This document shows, in pieces, positions 41,929 to 53,889 of a stretch of 64,000 nt of DNA. The stretch comes from Eledone cirrhosa (lineage: Eukaryota): NCBI GenBank assembly GCA_964016885.1, contig OZ024744.1:89962001-90026000 (forward strand). Reading direction: 5' to 3'. A program made the translations under genes and the position numbers. Under the pieces are notes generated by a model. It made no database searches. It saw only the letters and a program-made list of their open reading frames with translations, and was not told where the DNA came from. Every line of letters starts with the position of its first letter. The first letter of the stretch is position 1.

Positions 41929-42141
41929 GAATGCCATGGTTGACGGAGGCTCGGCTCTGTAAGGTATAGTAATTTTTAACCGTTAAAACAATTGTAAATT
42001 GTTTAAAACTTGAACCAAATTGTTGATAAAGACACCCTCCTCCTCGTGAGAGGGGTCTTTCTGTCCGTTATTTGGCCCTTCGGGGTTAAATAACCAGTTA
42101 TTGGGGTTTTGTACCCAAAATTTCATTTTAAACAAAAAAAC

Positions 42142-44238
42142 ATGGCTACCAAAAAGAAATTTCATACGTCACTCCCACTCATTCCGTCTTCTTCTTCCTC
42201 AATCATCACTACAGCAGAGAGAAGATTGTCTCTCTCCCTCCCTTCTTTAAATGTGTCTCTCTCCCTCCCTTCTCTTTCGCAAGTGACGAAAGAAAAGAAA
42301 AGTCTCGTGCAAAGCGTGCAAGGTTTCTCCACGACGACGACGACAGCGACGAAACAGGTGTGCGGGAAATACGAAAACCCAGTTCATTCGTCTGACGTCA
42401 GGAATAATAGCAGTAGCAGCCGTAATAACAACAGCAACAGTGACAATGAAAACAACAGTAGCAGCCGCAACAGCATCACCAGCAGCATAAACAACAACAG
42501 CATTAGCAGCAGCAACACCAACAACAACCACAGCAACAGCGGCGGAGGCAGTAGTCGTAGTACCTGCAGCAACAACAAAAGTACCAGCAGCTCTGACGAC
42601 AACAACAACAGCAGAGAAAAACCAATCTCATTTGCAGGTATTGCGAAAAATTTGGAAACAATCCTCATAACAAATGAGGAATTAGAGGAAGCGAAGAAGA
42701 TGGTGACAAAGAACGGACACCGAGCAATCTGCAAGGCAGCGAAAAATTTTTTCGAAACCCAAGAGCACTGTACGGTCACGTACCGTACAGTAAGTACAAA
42801 ATCCCGTAGGGTGGAAAGAGCCACAGAGGCCCAAATACAAAAAGCCTTGGGGTCTGTGTGGCAGCGGAAAACGCACATCACCCGAGGCAAAAAATATGCC
42901 ACCGTAGACGTACTTTTTGCCACACCCCAGGAGGCAAAGGCCCAATCAGTAGTGACCCTAAGGAGCGAGGAAATGGTGTTGGTGCCCTCCTACTGTGGGC
43001 AAAAAATTGTGAGGGTCAAACTGACCCACGTCCCCCCCGGAATGACCCCTTCTTGGCTGGCCGCGTCTGTCCTCGTCGGAATCGAGGACAAAACAACTGT
43101 ACTGCAAGTACAGAAAAAAGTAAGAGAAGATTGGGTCGGCTCCTCCATTGAGATGCTAATCCAAACCAACCAGGAGTGCATCGAAGCTATCCCGGATGTG
43201 ATAGACTTCGATAACGGCACTCAACTTCCCATAAGTGTTGAGGGCAAACGCCCGAAATGCTTTCGCTGTGGATCGAAGACTCACCTCAGGGCCTTCTGCA
43301 ACGAGAAGACCCTGAGAAAGGAGAAAACCCCCCTCCTTCCGAATCCGGCTCCACGGCTACCAGCAACAGGACAAGCGGCAACCAGGAACGATAGGCCCGT
43401 GGCACCCATACCCACTCCACGGAAATCAAAAACAGCAGCAGCAGTGGAAATACTAACAACAACAACAGCAATACCAAATGCAGCTGCAACAGAGACTCCA
43501 GTGCAAACATCACCAACAACAACAAGTGAAAGAGTGGAGTTGGTACCCCTCCCCGACCTCACAGAATCAGACATGGAGTGTGAGGTGGGAGAGAGATGGC
43601 AAAAGGTCGTAAGAAGGCACAAACGCAGAAGCAGCGCATCGTCGCCTTTGAAAAGTGAGGAAAGAAATGAGAAAAGGGTAAAGTCTACTGCAAAGAGACC
43701 CACAGCAGCAACAACACCAACACCATCACCACCCACACTAGCGCCACCATCACCACCGGCGACAACCCCACCGGCAACAACACCTTCAACACCACCACCA
43801 CAAGCACCAACATCGCAAACACAACAACAAAACACACACACCCAGCAACAACGACAAGAAAATAGCAGAACCACACCCCACCCCCAGAAAAACAAATGCA
43901 CGGCAATAAATACACACAACAAGAAACTAATGACTTACATAATTGAACACACAGACATTTCACAACAGGACTACATAATACCAGCACCAATCAAAACGCC
44001 AACTAACATAAGACTGCTAAAAATAGCACAGAAACAATACACAAATATTAAAACGAAATTCCCCAACGCAGTTGGTGATTTCAGGGACCTAGGAGGAACC
44101 ATCAATCGAAGAGTATACTCAGACATTCTCTTAGAAGAGCCGACGACCAGCCGAAGGGACGATTCAACGGTCCCTTCACCAGACGACCAAGTGAAAAGGG
44201 ATGTAAAAACCATCCCTCCTCTACCAAAAGTACGGTAA
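42142..44238 (+). CDS. Tx1-like ORF1 (nucleic-acid binding, CCHC knuckle)
   Basis: In-frame ATG at 42142, CFRCGSKTHLRAFC zinc knuckle, low-complexity N/S and P/T linkers. Confidence 0.9.
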   Translation: MATKKKFHTSLPLIPSSSSSIITTAERRLSLSLPSLNVSLSLPSLSQVTKEKKSLVQSVQGFSTTTTTATKQVCGKYENPVHSSDVRNNSSSSRNNNSNSDNENNSSSRNSITSSINNNSISSSNTNNNHSNSGGGSSRSTCSNNKSTSSSDDNNNSREKPISFAGIAKNLETILITNEELEEAKKMVTKNGHRAICKAAKNFFETQEHCTVTYRTVSTKSRRVERATEAQIQKALGSVWQRKTHITRGKKYATVDVLFATPQEAKAQSVVTLRSEEMVLVPSYCGQKIVRVKLTHVPPGMTPSWLAASVLVGIEDKTTVLQVQKKVREDWVGSSIEMLIQTNQECIEAIPDVIDFDNGTQLPISVEGKRPKCFRCGSKTHLRAFCNEKTLRKEKTPLLPNPAPRLPATGQAATRNDRPVAPIPTPRKSKTAAAVEILTTTTAIPNAAATETPVQTSPTTTSERVELVPLPDLTESDMECEVGERWQKVVRRHKRRSSASSPLKSEERNEKRVKSTAKRPTAATTPTPSPPTLAPPSPPATTPPATTPSTPPPQAPTSQTQQQNTHTQQQRQENSRTTPHPQKNKCTAINTHNKKLMTYIIEHTDISQQDYIIPAPIKTPTNIRLLKIAQKQYTNIKTKFPNAVGDFRDLGGTINRRVYSDILLEEPTTSRRDDSTVPSPDDQVKRDVKTIPPLPKVR

Positions 44239-44273
44239 GTGGTCTTTCCCATCTTTTCCACTCTATTTTAAAC

Positions 44274-47200
44274 ATGACCTCACTCAGAATAGGCAGCATA
44301 AATGCGCGTGGCTTGGGGTCGTCATGGAAGCAGGGTCACCTGCTCAACGACCTCAGGTCACTAAACATAGATGTAGTGGCCATCAGCGAGACCAGAATCT
44401 CCGAAGCACGGGCCTTCGCACCGATCTTCGGCGGCTACGATGTGTACGCATCTCCCAGCCGTCCTGGATCGGGTGGAGGAGTTGCTGTGCTTTTTCGGAG
44501 AGGTTTGGATCTCGCCATACGGGCCATCTTCCTGGACCCAGAGGGTAAGCTGGTGGTGCTGGACGTGACCAGCGGAGACGGGCAAGCTTTCAGGCTAGTG
44601 GCCGTCTATGCCCCGACAGGAGCAGGGCGGCCTGATTTCTTCCGGCGTCTGGAGACCTTTCTTGGAACGTCCCGCTCTTTAGTGTTAGTGGGCGACTGGA
44701 ACGGGATCTTAGATGCACGCTGGGACTGTGTGGGATTAGCGGATAGGGGTGGAGGGTGCAAGAGCCTCACCAACCTGCTCAGGCGTTTTGAACTGTCTGA
44801 CAGGTACCGATTGGATTTCCCGAATGTGCCAATGTGGACTTGGACAAACCGCATAGGGTCATCCAGATCATATCTAGATAGAGTATTTTGTAGGGAAATA
44901 GATAGGTCTAGCATAGGCTGTCCACAATTCAAGATAGTCAGCTACACGGACCACAAATTCGTGATCTGTGTGCTTGACTTAGATAGGCTTCATAGACGAG
45001 GACCCGGCTACTGGAAGCTAAACGCGTCCTTACCAGCGCGCAAGGCCTACAGAGACCGGATTAGCGAACTAGTTAAGCGGGCGTTGACGGGGGCCATCGT
45101 CAACAACAAGTGGTGGTTTGCTCTGAAAAGAGCGATTAGAATAGAATCGATTAGGTTTAGTAAGGCTTTAGCAATAGAGAAAAATAGAGCAGAGGGAGAA
45201 CTAGTTAGAAAATTAGACGAGGCGCTTAGCAAAGGCATTGCGACCGACGTGCTTGCGGCGAAATTGGCCCTTGACCAATTCTTCAATGCAAAGCACGAAG
45301 GCTGCGTTGTCAGAGCTAGGGTGCGTGCTCTCAGACACGAGGGGACGAAAGCCGTTCAATGGGCCCGAGTGGCGGAGGCGCGTCGTGGCAACAAAGCCAC
45401 GATCCGGTCTTTGGTGGACCACGACGGGCGCATGCTACTCGATCCCGGGCAAATGTGTGAAGCTTTTCAGCGACACTTCGCTCAGCTGTTCGGGGGCAGC
45501 GGGGGGCCGGGTAGAGGGATGGACTTTAGTGTCTACCTCGACGGACTGCCGCGGCTCTCGGCCACTGAGGCGAAGTGTTGCGAAAAGCCGATAACAGCCG
45601 CTGAAGTACGGGAGGCAATGACTGGCTGCACAAGGGGTAAATCGCCTGGTTTGGATGGTCTGCCCTATGAACTTTACGTACAGATGCCAGACTTGTTCGG
45701 AGGCCTCTTGGCGGACGTCTACTGCAACTGGCAACAGAACGGGAGAATTCCCAGTTCTGTGAGCCGAGGAGCGGTGGCACTGCTGAGAAAGGATCCGAAC
45801 AAGGGGGATAACATAGACAATTTCCGGCCCATAACTCTGCTAAACACAGAGTTTAAGATTTTGGCCAAGGTGCTAGCAAAGAGGTTGGCGCTTGTCGTTG
45901 GTGGTCTGGTGGGAGAGGCGCAGACATGCGCCATTCCCGACAGATCCATCCACGACAACCTCCACCTCATGCGATACATCGTAGAGAGGGTAGCTAGGGA
46001 ACCTGGCACGGGTGGGTCCTTGATCAATTTAGATCAGTCGAAAGCTTTCGATAGGGTCGACCATCGTTACCTAGCGGCAGTCCTGAGGGCGGCTGGCTTT
46101 GGGCCCGTCTTCAGAGGCTGGATCGCTGCCATGCACAGCGACATCTGCTCTGTGGTGAGAGTGAACGGTCACCTGTCGGAACCGTTCAACATCATGCGCT
46201 CGGTCCGCCAAGGATGTCCCCTCTCGTCCCTCTTGTACGTATTGACTCTCGAGCCATTACTGCACAAACTGGAGACGTTGAGGGGAGTCCCGCGCGAACT
46301 AGGATGCGGAAGATCCGTGTCAGCATATGCGGACGATGTCACCGTAGTGGTGTCCAACGCCAAACACATCGAGGCGATCGGCACTACACTAAGAGAATAC
46401 GAAGCGGTGACAGGAGCAATGATCAACCAGGAAAAGTCAGTGGGCCTGCAGCTCGGCACCTGGAGAGGCAGGTCCATGCCGTCCAACAGCGTCGTCGGGC
46501 GCTGGACGGACGGACCGGTTAAATTGCTAGGGGTCTGGTTCGGTCCGGACCTCCAGACGGACAAAAACTGGGACGAGGTGACGAGCAGGGTGGCTTCTCT
46601 CACCCAGAAATGGGCGGAGAGGAAGCTATCCCTGAAAGGTCGAGCGGAGGTGGCTAACGCGTACATCGCGTCTGTCATCTGCTACCGCCTAACCGTCGTA
46701 CCTTGTCCTAAGCCTCGCCTGACTGCGCTGGAGCGTTTGCTCTTTCGCTTTTTGTGGAAGGGACGTGCTCCGATGGTCAGGCGGTCCATCTGTTGTCAAC
46801 ACCCGCTACGTGGAGGGCTGGGCATGCCGTGGCTGATGATGCGCAGGCACGCGCTCAGGCTACGACATCTCCACCTCTTCCTCGACGGTGATCAGGTGTG
46901 GTCGCCGTTTGCTAGACGCGTTTTTCCCCAGCTCGTTTCCTTGACGGAGCTGCAGTCCTGGGTCAAGCGAAGACCGAGAGGGAGCGCCTGGAGACTGGAA
47001 TGTCTTCAGGCGCTCACAGCCCTCGACCAATCGGGCAATGTGATCGGTGGAAACTCCACCTCGGCGTTCTATAGAGGATTAGTGGAGGGGAAGAGCGACG
47101 ACGTACTTGGGGAAACTCTAGGCGTCGACGAAAATCAACTAGCCAATCTCTTCGGAAGAACTTTCGGGCCGGGGCCTATGGACAACTTCCAGAAATCTCT

Positions 47201-47693
47201 GGCCTGGCAGTGCTACCGAGGAGCCTTGCCAGTTCGGGATAAACTCTACAGGCATGGAGGTGCCGTCAGCCGGGCATGTCCGAGATGCGCGCAGGGCGAC
47301 GAAACCGTCCTGCACGCACTCGTCCAGTGTCCGAAAATTGCTGACTTGTGGGTTTATGTCGAACACCTGCTGTCGCGTTTAGGACGGATCCAGCTATCAT
47401 CTGAGTCTATCGTGAGGATTGCCCCGCCCTCCTCCTTTAGCCGGGAAGGGCAGGCAGTTTTTATCTGTCTGGTGGCCATGGCGAAAGAGATAGTATGGTG
47501 GACACGTTTGAAAGGGCTGAAGACGAGCACTTACCTCTTCGGTGATGCTCTGATTGACTTTTTCAAATTTCATTTGAAAAGGAAAATCAGAGTAGAGAGG
47601 GAAGTGCTCTCTTCCCAGCATTTTGTTGAAAGATGGGTGAGAGAAGCAAGAATGGCCCGAGTGAATGGGCCGACTCTGAGTATATATCTGTAA
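44274..47693 (+). CDS. Tx1-like ORF2: APE endonuclease + reverse transcriptase + C-terminal zinc finger (1139 aa)
   Basis: NARG, SET, VYAP, GDWN, SYLDR, TDH (APE); KSPGLDG, FRPITLLN, KAFDRV, RQGCPLS, YADD (RT); CPRC..HALVQC. Confidence 0.96.
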   Translation: MTSLRIGSINARGLGSSWKQGHLLNDLRSLNIDVVAISETRISEARAFAPIFGGYDVYASPSRPGSGGGVAVLFRRGLDLAIRAIFLDPEGKLVVLDVTSGDGQAFRLVAVYAPTGAGRPDFFRRLETFLGTSRSLVLVGDWNGILDARWDCVGLADRGGGCKSLTNLLRRFELSDRYRLDFPNVPMWTWTNRIGSSRSYLDRVFCREIDRSSIGCPQFKIVSYTDHKFVICVLDLDRLHRRGPGYWKLNASLPARKAYRDRISELVKRALTGAIVNNKWWFALKRAIRIESIRFSKALAIEKNRAEGELVRKLDEALSKGIATDVLAAKLALDQFFNAKHEGCVVRARVRALRHEGTKAVQWARVAEARRGNKATIRSLVDHDGRMLLDPGQMCEAFQRHFAQLFGGSGGPGRGMDFSVYLDGLPRLSATEAKCCEKPITAAEVREAMTGCTRGKSPGLDGLPYELYVQMPDLFGGLLADVYCNWQQNGRIPSSVSRGAVALLRKDPNKGDNIDNFRPITLLNTEFKILAKVLAKRLALVVGGLVGEAQTCAIPDRSIHDNLHLMRYIVERVAREPGTGGSLINLDQSKAFDRVDHRYLAAVLRAAGFGPVFRGWIAAMHSDICSVVRVNGHLSEPFNIMRSVRQGCPLSSLLYVLTLEPLLHKLETLRGVPRELGCGRSVSAYADDVTVVVSNAKHIEAIGTTLREYEAVTGAMINQEKSVGLQLGTWRGRSMPSNSVVGRWTDGPVKLLGVWFGPDLQTDKNWDEVTSRVASLTQKWAERKLSLKGRAEVANAYIASVICYRLTVVPCPKPRLTALERLLFRFLWKGRAPMVRRSICCQHPLRGGLGMPWLMMRRHALRLRHLHLFLDGDQVWSPFARRVFPQLVSLTELQSWVKRRPRGSAWRLECLQALTALDQSGNVIGGNSTSAFYRGLVEGKSDDVLGETLGVDENQLANLFGRTFGPGPMDNFQKSLAWQCYRGALPVRDKLYRHGGAVSRACPRCAQGDETVLHALVQCPKIADLWVYVEHLLSRLGRIQLSSESIVRIAPPSSFSREGQAVFICLVAMAKEIVWWTRLKGLKTSTYLFGDALIDFFKFHLKRKIRVEREVLSSQHFVERWVREARMARVNGPTLSIYL

Positions 47694-47943
47694 ACTAAAG
47701 GTGGAAAACTGGGAGAGGGCACTTGCCTTGGTGGTCAGGGTCATTGTGGCTTTTTACTGGGCTTTCTCCACAAATGTCCCTCCGAAGTCTCCCCCCTATT
47801 GGGGAATTTTTCATTGTTATTTTTGTTACATCCTCTGTTTTTGTTTTTTTTTACACGCAGAAATGCCCATTTGTACCGTCCTGCATTGTCCTGCACTGTC
47901 CTTAATGTCTACTTTATGTAAACCCTTGTGGTTAATAAAGAAA

Positions 47944-47999
<56 letters not shown>

Positions 48000-48005
48000 G
48001 TTATT

Positions 48006-51000
48006 GTTATTCCTTGAATCTCAGTCATTGATGTTGGTTAACTGGAAAGTCCGTTGGATTGAATATCAAGCCACTACCTGCAGCCTCAGATATTCAGGAC
48101 GTATCGGAGGGTTCTTGCCGTTCCAAGCAAGCATGCCTTTTGAAGCGTTCCAAAAAGCGTGAAGGGGCCGATTTTCTTTAACCATCCCTGGAAACCTTTG
48201 GAGATAGTCCCCAGTGCGCCTATGACAATCGGGATCACTTTGACTTCATGGCAGTTCCAAATCCTTTTCACCTCCCACTTTAGGTCCTGGTATCGGTTAA
48301 TTTTCTCCCTCTCCTTCTCTTGCACTCTCGTGTCGAACGGGCAGGCCACATCCACAATCAGGCACGATCTTTTTTCTTTGTCCACAACCACCAGGTCAGG
48401 TCTATTGTGTTCCAGTTTTTTGTCCGTCTGTATCCTAAAATCCCACAGCACCTTCACCTGACTGTTCTCCATCACCGCCTCTGGCCTATGCTCATACCAT
48501 TTCTCAGAATGTGGTAGATTGTTTACTTTGCACAGGTGCCAGTGGATCACCCTGCCCATCACATCGTGTCTCCAGCCCTTATAGTGGGTCTGGGCTAGGT
48601 GTTTACACTCGGACACAATGTGAGCCACAGTCTCCTCTCTCTCTCCACAGATCCTGCACAGTGGGCTAGCCTCCTCCTTGTAGATATGGTGCTTCAACCA
48701 CTTCGTTTTGAGGGCCTGCTCCTGCGCAGCCATTAGCATTCCTTCTGTAGCCTTTTTGAGGTCTCCTCTTCTCAACCAGTTCCATGTCTGTGGATCTCTA
48801 AATTCAGTTTTCTCAAAGAAGGTACTATGAAGGGATTTTCCCTTAAGGCTGCTCTTCCTCCTTGATGTTATTTCCTCCTTGGATATCCCCTGGCCTACTG
48901 TCCCCTCCTTCAGTACAGCTCTGAGCATTGGCTCCTTACTATAGGTCACGTATTTGTATAGGTTGTTTTTCTCCATCTGAACACAGTCCTCTATGCTGAT
49001 AAGACCTCTTCCACCCTCAGATCTCCTTAGGTAGAGTCTATCGACATCACTCCTCTTGTGGAACATGTTGTAGATAGTCAATAGCTTCCTAGTCTTCCTA
49101 TCCATTTCTTTTTGTTCAGCAACATTCCATCTCAGAATTCCCGCACTGTACCTAATAATAGACACAGCTCGGGAATTTACTGCGCTTATGGCATTTCTGC
49201 TGTTCAGATGTGACTTCAATACGCTCCTTACTCTCCGAATGTATTCAGTTCTTAACAATTCCTTCATTTTTTTGTTCTTTATGCCATCAGCCTCCAGAAC
49301 GCCCAAATACTTGTATCCTTCCTCAGAGTCAATTTCCTTTATCATCTCACCTGTTGGTATCTGGATCCCGTTACTTCTGCTCAACCTACCCCTCCTCATC
49401 ACAATGACTCCACATTTACCAATACCAAACTGCATACATATATCACTGCTGAAAATACGGACAGTGTCAACAAGCACATCCAACTCCTTCTCACTTTTCC
49501 CGAAGAGCTTAAGATCGTCCATGAAGAGGAGGTGATTGATGGTAAGCTCTCCCCTTCCCAACTTGTATCCTGCTCTCACTTTTCGCAGCATAATGGTCAA
49601 GGGCATCAGGGCAAGGACAAACAACAGAGGGGACAGGCTATCTCCCTGGAAGATACCTCTCTTGATCTTCACGCTTCCCAAGGATACTCCAGTTGATGTC
49701 AACTCTGTCTCCCAGGACCCCATACTCCTGCCCAGCAACTGTCTGATGTTATCTGCCACCCTGAAGATCTCCAGGCTTTTGGTGATCCAGGAATGAGGCA
49801 CCATGTCAAATGCCTTTCTGTAGTCTATCCATCCCATGGCAAGATCAGTGTGTCTCCTCCTGCAATTCCCCATTACCATCTTATCAATAAGCAACTGGTC
49901 CTTTGTACCACGTGACTTCTTTCGGCATCCTTTCTGTTCGTCCGGCAACAAGTTGTTTGTGTGGAGGTGATGGTAGATTTCCTCAGACACAATGCTCGTC
50001 AACAGTTTCCACATTACGGGCAGACATGTGATAGGTCTATAGTTGGTAACATCATTACCCTTGATTCGGTCTTTCATTATCAGAACTGTGGTACCTTTTG
50101 TCAACCACTCTGGCACCTCACCCGACACCAAGCAGTCATTGAACATGGCCGTCAGCTTCGGGTGGAGGGATGTTAAATGTTTAATCCAATACCCCTGCAC
50201 ACCATCTGGGCCTGGTGATTTCCAGTTGGTTAGTTTTTTGGCTTGCCCCTTAAGAGTTTCAACTGTGATACTCAAATCAGTCTGTTGCTGTGCCTGCTCA
50301 CCGATCTCCCTCTGTACTGTCTCAATCCACCCTGCCTGGGCATTGTGTCTAACATCCTGCTCCCATATTCCTCTCCAGAATGTTTTAGCTTGTTCCGCCC
50401 CAGGGATCAAGTCGTTGCCTCTTTCTTTCCCCTCAAGCTGTCCAAACAGCATCTTCTGGTTGTTGTCGAACATGCGGTTCTGTTTATACTGACTGACTCT
50501 GTTCTCGTATCGCCTGATTTTGGCACTCTTTGCTACAATGCGTTGCTTCAATTCCTCTATGATAATATTTAGCTTTTTACTCCTAGTTTTGTATTTTATT
50601 TCCAGTCTATTTTTAGTGCCTATGTTTTTTAGTGTCCCATTCAGTAGTGACTCAAGCTTTCCTATGTCATTTCTCATTTCCCCGATTTGCCCACTCAGTC
50701 GCTTCTTCCACCACGGCTCTGCTCTTTCTTGTCTGTTGTTTCCTCTCGCTTTTATACCAAGTAGTTTCCTCACCGTATTTGCTGTTGCTTTGAGGATATT
50801 GTTGCACTGGTGAAGACTCCTCGCCTCAAGGTATGGGATGACTTTGTTTACCTTAGCTGTTGTTTCTTTTAACTTTTTCCTGTCTACAAATCTTAGGTTT
50901 ATAGGTCTCCCACTATCATTGTTCAACTCATCTACCACTAAATTTAGGATGTCAACCGAATCTTGTCCTAGCCCGTCAGCATTCATCTCCTCAGTAGCCG

Positions 51001-52376
51001 TATCTCTGTTCCAGGTATTATTTATCTCAGTATTCAGATCATTGTCTGCTTCGGGTGGTTCCTCCGTTCTCAGGACCTCCTCACCTTCATTTCCCGCCGG
51101 CTCGCTTGTCTGGCATACTACACCCGCCATCTCCAAGCCATTCTCTCTGCTCAGTTCCTCCAGTTCCAGCTCGCTTATCCACCCATTAGTTCTTATTACC
51201 CGAGCCTTCCCGGCCAATTTTTGTTCATCTAATTTAAATAAACCAATCTCGTTCCAGATGTTATGCATCCGTCTCCTGTAGCCCCTCTCCTTGGGGTTAC
51301 TTTTCAGGTAGCATTGCATAACAGTTCTATTCAATTCTTTCGTCCAGTTGGTTCTGGCCCCTTTCCTTCTTCTTCTTCCTCCAACATCAGCAGTATTTGG
51401 TTGACAGTCAGGTTCCTGCTGCTGAGCCAGGGGGCACCTGTTGGGTGAGAGTCTGTCACATGACGTTCTAGTCTCCATTTCACCGTTATTCGAACTGTTT
51501 ATGTTCGATATTTAAACACTCTTATCGAGGATTGGCGAATGTATGTTTACATAGCCATCTGTGGATCCGCCATCCCACTTGGCCCTTGTGTGGCATTATC
51601 ACCACGCTGTATACGGACACACATAAACAAACAAACACACGGGCAGAAAGGGCCCCAAAAATGAATAAGCATAAGTTTCATTGTAATGTAGTATTCGAAT
51701 GTCTGACTTAGTTTTTGTTTTTTAAGTTTTACTTTTTCCCCCCTCTTCTCTGTCCGTCCGCCTGCTTCTCTCTTCATTCTTATTTTCTTTACGTTTTTGG
51801 GGTTTCTTTTTTTGTTTTTGTTTTTCTCTGTTTGTTTTTCTCGTTTTTTGCTGTTGTTGCTGTGCTGCTTTTGTTGTTTGTTTTTTCTTTTTTCTTTTGA
51901 GTCTATCTATATATTTTGATGCCTTCCTCTTTGTTAGTAGTAGGAATTCTATAATGTGGAAGTGGCAGCCAGCAGAGACTGGCGGCGTTGGCGATACTGA
52001 GACAGTGGTGGTGGTGATGTCGATACCGAGGCAGTGGTGGCGGTGATGCGACCGTATTACTGTAGTGATGGTGCTGTAGCGGTGGCAGCAGCAGTGAAGG
52101 AGTCAAGGGGTGGTGGCGGCGGTGATGGGATAGTGGTGGTAATGATGGCCGTAGTGAGCGGTGGCGGTGAAGGTGAAAATGCTGTTGTGTTTAGTGTACA
52201 CAGATGATGGGGTGGGTGGTGTATCTAGTTTCTGGTGTTGGTGAGTTTCGCTGTCCTATATAGTGTAGCCAGAGGAGAGGAGGGGGGGGGGGGTCTTCTT
52301 CTTCCATTTATAGCCATTTTATTTTTTTTGGATATACAGTGTACAATACAAAGTTGAATATTTGAATATTTGAGCC

Positions 52377-52378
<2 letters not shown>
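48006..52378 (-). mobile_element. Full-length R4/Dong-clade non-LTR retrotransposon (restriction-like endonuclease)
   Basis: Single ORF bounded by (TAA)n tracts at both ends. The ~900 bp between ORF start and the next (TAA)n is taken as 5' UTR (inferred). Confidence 0.85.
48086..51478 (-). CDS. R4/Dong-type RT-RLE polyprotein (1130 aa)
   Basis: KSPGPDG, YRPITCL, FQGDSLSP, LFMDD, CRICG..HIVSEC, RHD, RPDLVVVD..D, K..Y..L endonuclease motifs. Confidence 0.95.
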   Translation of the reverse strand: METRTSCDRLSPNRCPLAQQQEPDCQPNTADVGGRRRRKGARTNWTKELNRTVMQCYLKSNPKERGYRRRMHNIWNEIGLFKLDEQKLAGKARVIRTNGWISELELEELSRENGLEMAGVVCQTSEPAGNEGEEVLRTEEPPEADNDLNTEINNTWNRDTATEEMNADGLGQDSVDILNLVVDELNNDSGRPINLRFVDRKKLKETTAKVNKVIPYLEARSLHQCNNILKATANTVRKLLGIKARGNNRQERAEPWWKKRLSGQIGEMRNDIGKLESLLNGTLKNIGTKNRLEIKYKTRSKKLNIIIEELKQRIVAKSAKIRRYENRVSQYKQNRMFDNNQKMLFGQLEGKERGNDLIPGAEQAKTFWRGIWEQDVRHNAQAGWIETVQREIGEQAQQQTDLSITVETLKGQAKKLTNWKSPGPDGVQGYWIKHLTSLHPKLTAMFNDCLVSGEVPEWLTKGTTVLIMKDRIKGNDVTNYRPITCLPVMWKLLTSIVSEEIYHHLHTNNLLPDEQKGCRKKSRGTKDQLLIDKMVMGNCRRRHTDLAMGWIDYRKAFDMVPHSWITKSLEIFRVADNIRQLLGRSMGSWETELTSTGVSLGSVKIKRGIFQGDSLSPLLFVLALMPLTIMLRKVRAGYKLGRGELTINHLLFMDDLKLFGKSEKELDVLVDTVRIFSSDICMQFGIGKCGVIVMRRGRLSRSNGIQIPTGEMIKEIDSEEGYKYLGVLEADGIKNKKMKELLRTEYIRRVRSVLKSHLNSRNAISAVNSRAVSIIRYSAGILRWNVAEQKEMDRKTRKLLTIYNMFHKRSDVDRLYLRRSEGGRGLISIEDCVQMEKNNLYKYVTYSKEPMLRAVLKEGTVGQGISKEEITSRRKSSLKGKSLHSTFFEKTEFRDPQTWNWLRRGDLKKATEGMLMAAQEQALKTKWLKHHIYKEEASPLCRICGEREETVAHIVSECKHLAQTHYKGWRHDVMGRVIHWHLCKVNNLPHSEKWYEHRPEAVMENSQVKVLWDFRIQTDKKLEHNRPDLVVVDKEKRSCLIVDVACPFDTRVQEKEREKINRYQDLKWEVKRIWNCHEVKVIPIVIGALGTISKGFQGWLKKIGPFTLFGTLQKACLLGTARTLRYVLNI

Positions 52379-52444
<66 letters not shown>

Positions 52445-52450
52445 GTTGTT

Positions 52451-53371
<921 letters not shown>

Positions 53372-53763
53372 ACGTAGATACCTAAATGTATTCGTGAGTG
53401 AATAATACTGTTAAGAGCGAAAGCAAATTTTTATTTTTTAATTTTCTACAATTTGCATACCAAACGAAATCGCTTGGTATGCAAATGAGGCTAATCAGCC
53501 GATGTATACATTTGAGAATACTATGTTTTCTCAGCAGTTCCAGTGGGTAACAGTGATAAGAATACACAATCTTGATAAGGAGCAAAACACTCCGAAATAA
53601 TTGTCGATTGTTTTCTCTCAGCTACCGCTGGAACAAAATGATGATAATGGTCATCTACCACGTGGTATTTATGTGGCTGTTTGCTTGCAGACAAACCGAA
53701 TATTAATAATATTATTATCATTCACTCAAATCCCGCCGAGGTAAACGTTGATGCCCTAAGGAC

Positions 53764-53839
<76 letters not shown>

Positions 53840-53889
53840 TTATTTATTTATATGATAAACAAGACGAACTTACATATATATATATATAT

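Larger units (their letters stand above)
41929..47945 (+). mobile_element. Full-length, apparently intact Tx1/L1-clade non-LTR retrotransposon in an MMP intron
   Basis: Two open ORFs. The 5' end GAATGCCATGG is identical to the copy ending at 27450. 3' end AATAAAGAAATC. (ATT)n on both sides. Confidence 0.95.

Noticed and set aside
51550-51656. Possible HDV-like ribozyme in the Dong 5' UTR (GGCCCUU/AAGGGCC pairing on -)
   Set aside because: I could not place P1.1, a typical L3 or the J4/2 catalytic C; it may be an ordinary hairpin.
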